NCBI GenBank assembly: GCA_947085095.1
Contig: CAMTVD010000021.1
Coordinates: forward strand, 1 to 48,803
Reading direction: 5' to 3'
DNA length: 48,803 nucleotides
DNA from: an uncultured Thermus sp.
GTDB lineage: Bacteria > Deinococcota > Deinococci > Deinococcales > Thermaceae
Shown here: positions 48,693-48,803 of the stretch, in pieces
Layout: every line of letters begins with the position of its first letter
Numbering within the stretch: the first letter of the stretch is position 1
Made by a program: the position numbers and the translations under genes
Notes under the pieces: model-generated
Seen by the model: the letters and a program-made list of their open reading frames with translations, nothing else
Database searches by the model: none
Told to the model about the DNA's origin: nothing

Positions 48693-48803
48693 ATGGCAGC
48701 CCCTCTTCAGATCCAGCTGACCCCTGAGGAGGACCGGCTCCTGCTGGAACTCTCCCTGGACCCGAAGACCCACAAGAAAACCCGCCTCTGGGCCGCCATG
48801 GTC
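48693..48803 (+). CDS. 5' end of a gene cut by the window edge; resembles an IS630-family transposase N-terminus
   Basis: TATCAT-N6-ATG; MAAPLQIQLTPEEDRLLLELSLDPKTHKKTRLWAAMV, open to the edge. Confidence 0.45.
   Translation, partial: MAAPLQIQLTPEEDRLLLELSLDPKTHKKTRLWAAMV

Overview
High-GC chromosomal window from a Thermus species (inferred from gene content and protein sequences). Most of it is core housekeeping DNA: aminotransferase, folC, two Fur-family regulators, hemC, pyruvate dehydrogenase aceE/aceF with a divergent LysR regulator, pepA, mnmA, pstSCAB, an MFS transporter, recF, a DciA/DUF721 gene, tRNA-Lys/Glu/Val, the caa3 cytochrome c oxidase cluster, pckA, pgi, a Pat-type acetyltransferase, a TrmH methylase, groES-groEL and dnaE with two LAGLIDADG inteins. 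The main accessory feature is a 7,755-bp integrative element (about 20120-27919) inserted in tRNA-Val(TAC). It carries a tyrosine integrase, matching arm-type repeats at both ends, a HicBA-like toxin-antitoxin pair, an Xis/AlpA-like gene, a primase-polymerase, a P-loop ATPase/helicase and several small orphan genes, with no recognisable capsid or conjugation genes, so it resembles a phage satellite (PICI-like) or an integrated plasmid. Inside it are a ~430-bp mirror-symmetric GTGCAC array (candidate origin) and an unannotated Arg/Trp-rich 43-aa ORF coupled to the integrase. Integration also appears to have replaced the T-arm of the host tRNA-Val with a compensatory variant. All calls are from visual inspection; no database searches were run.
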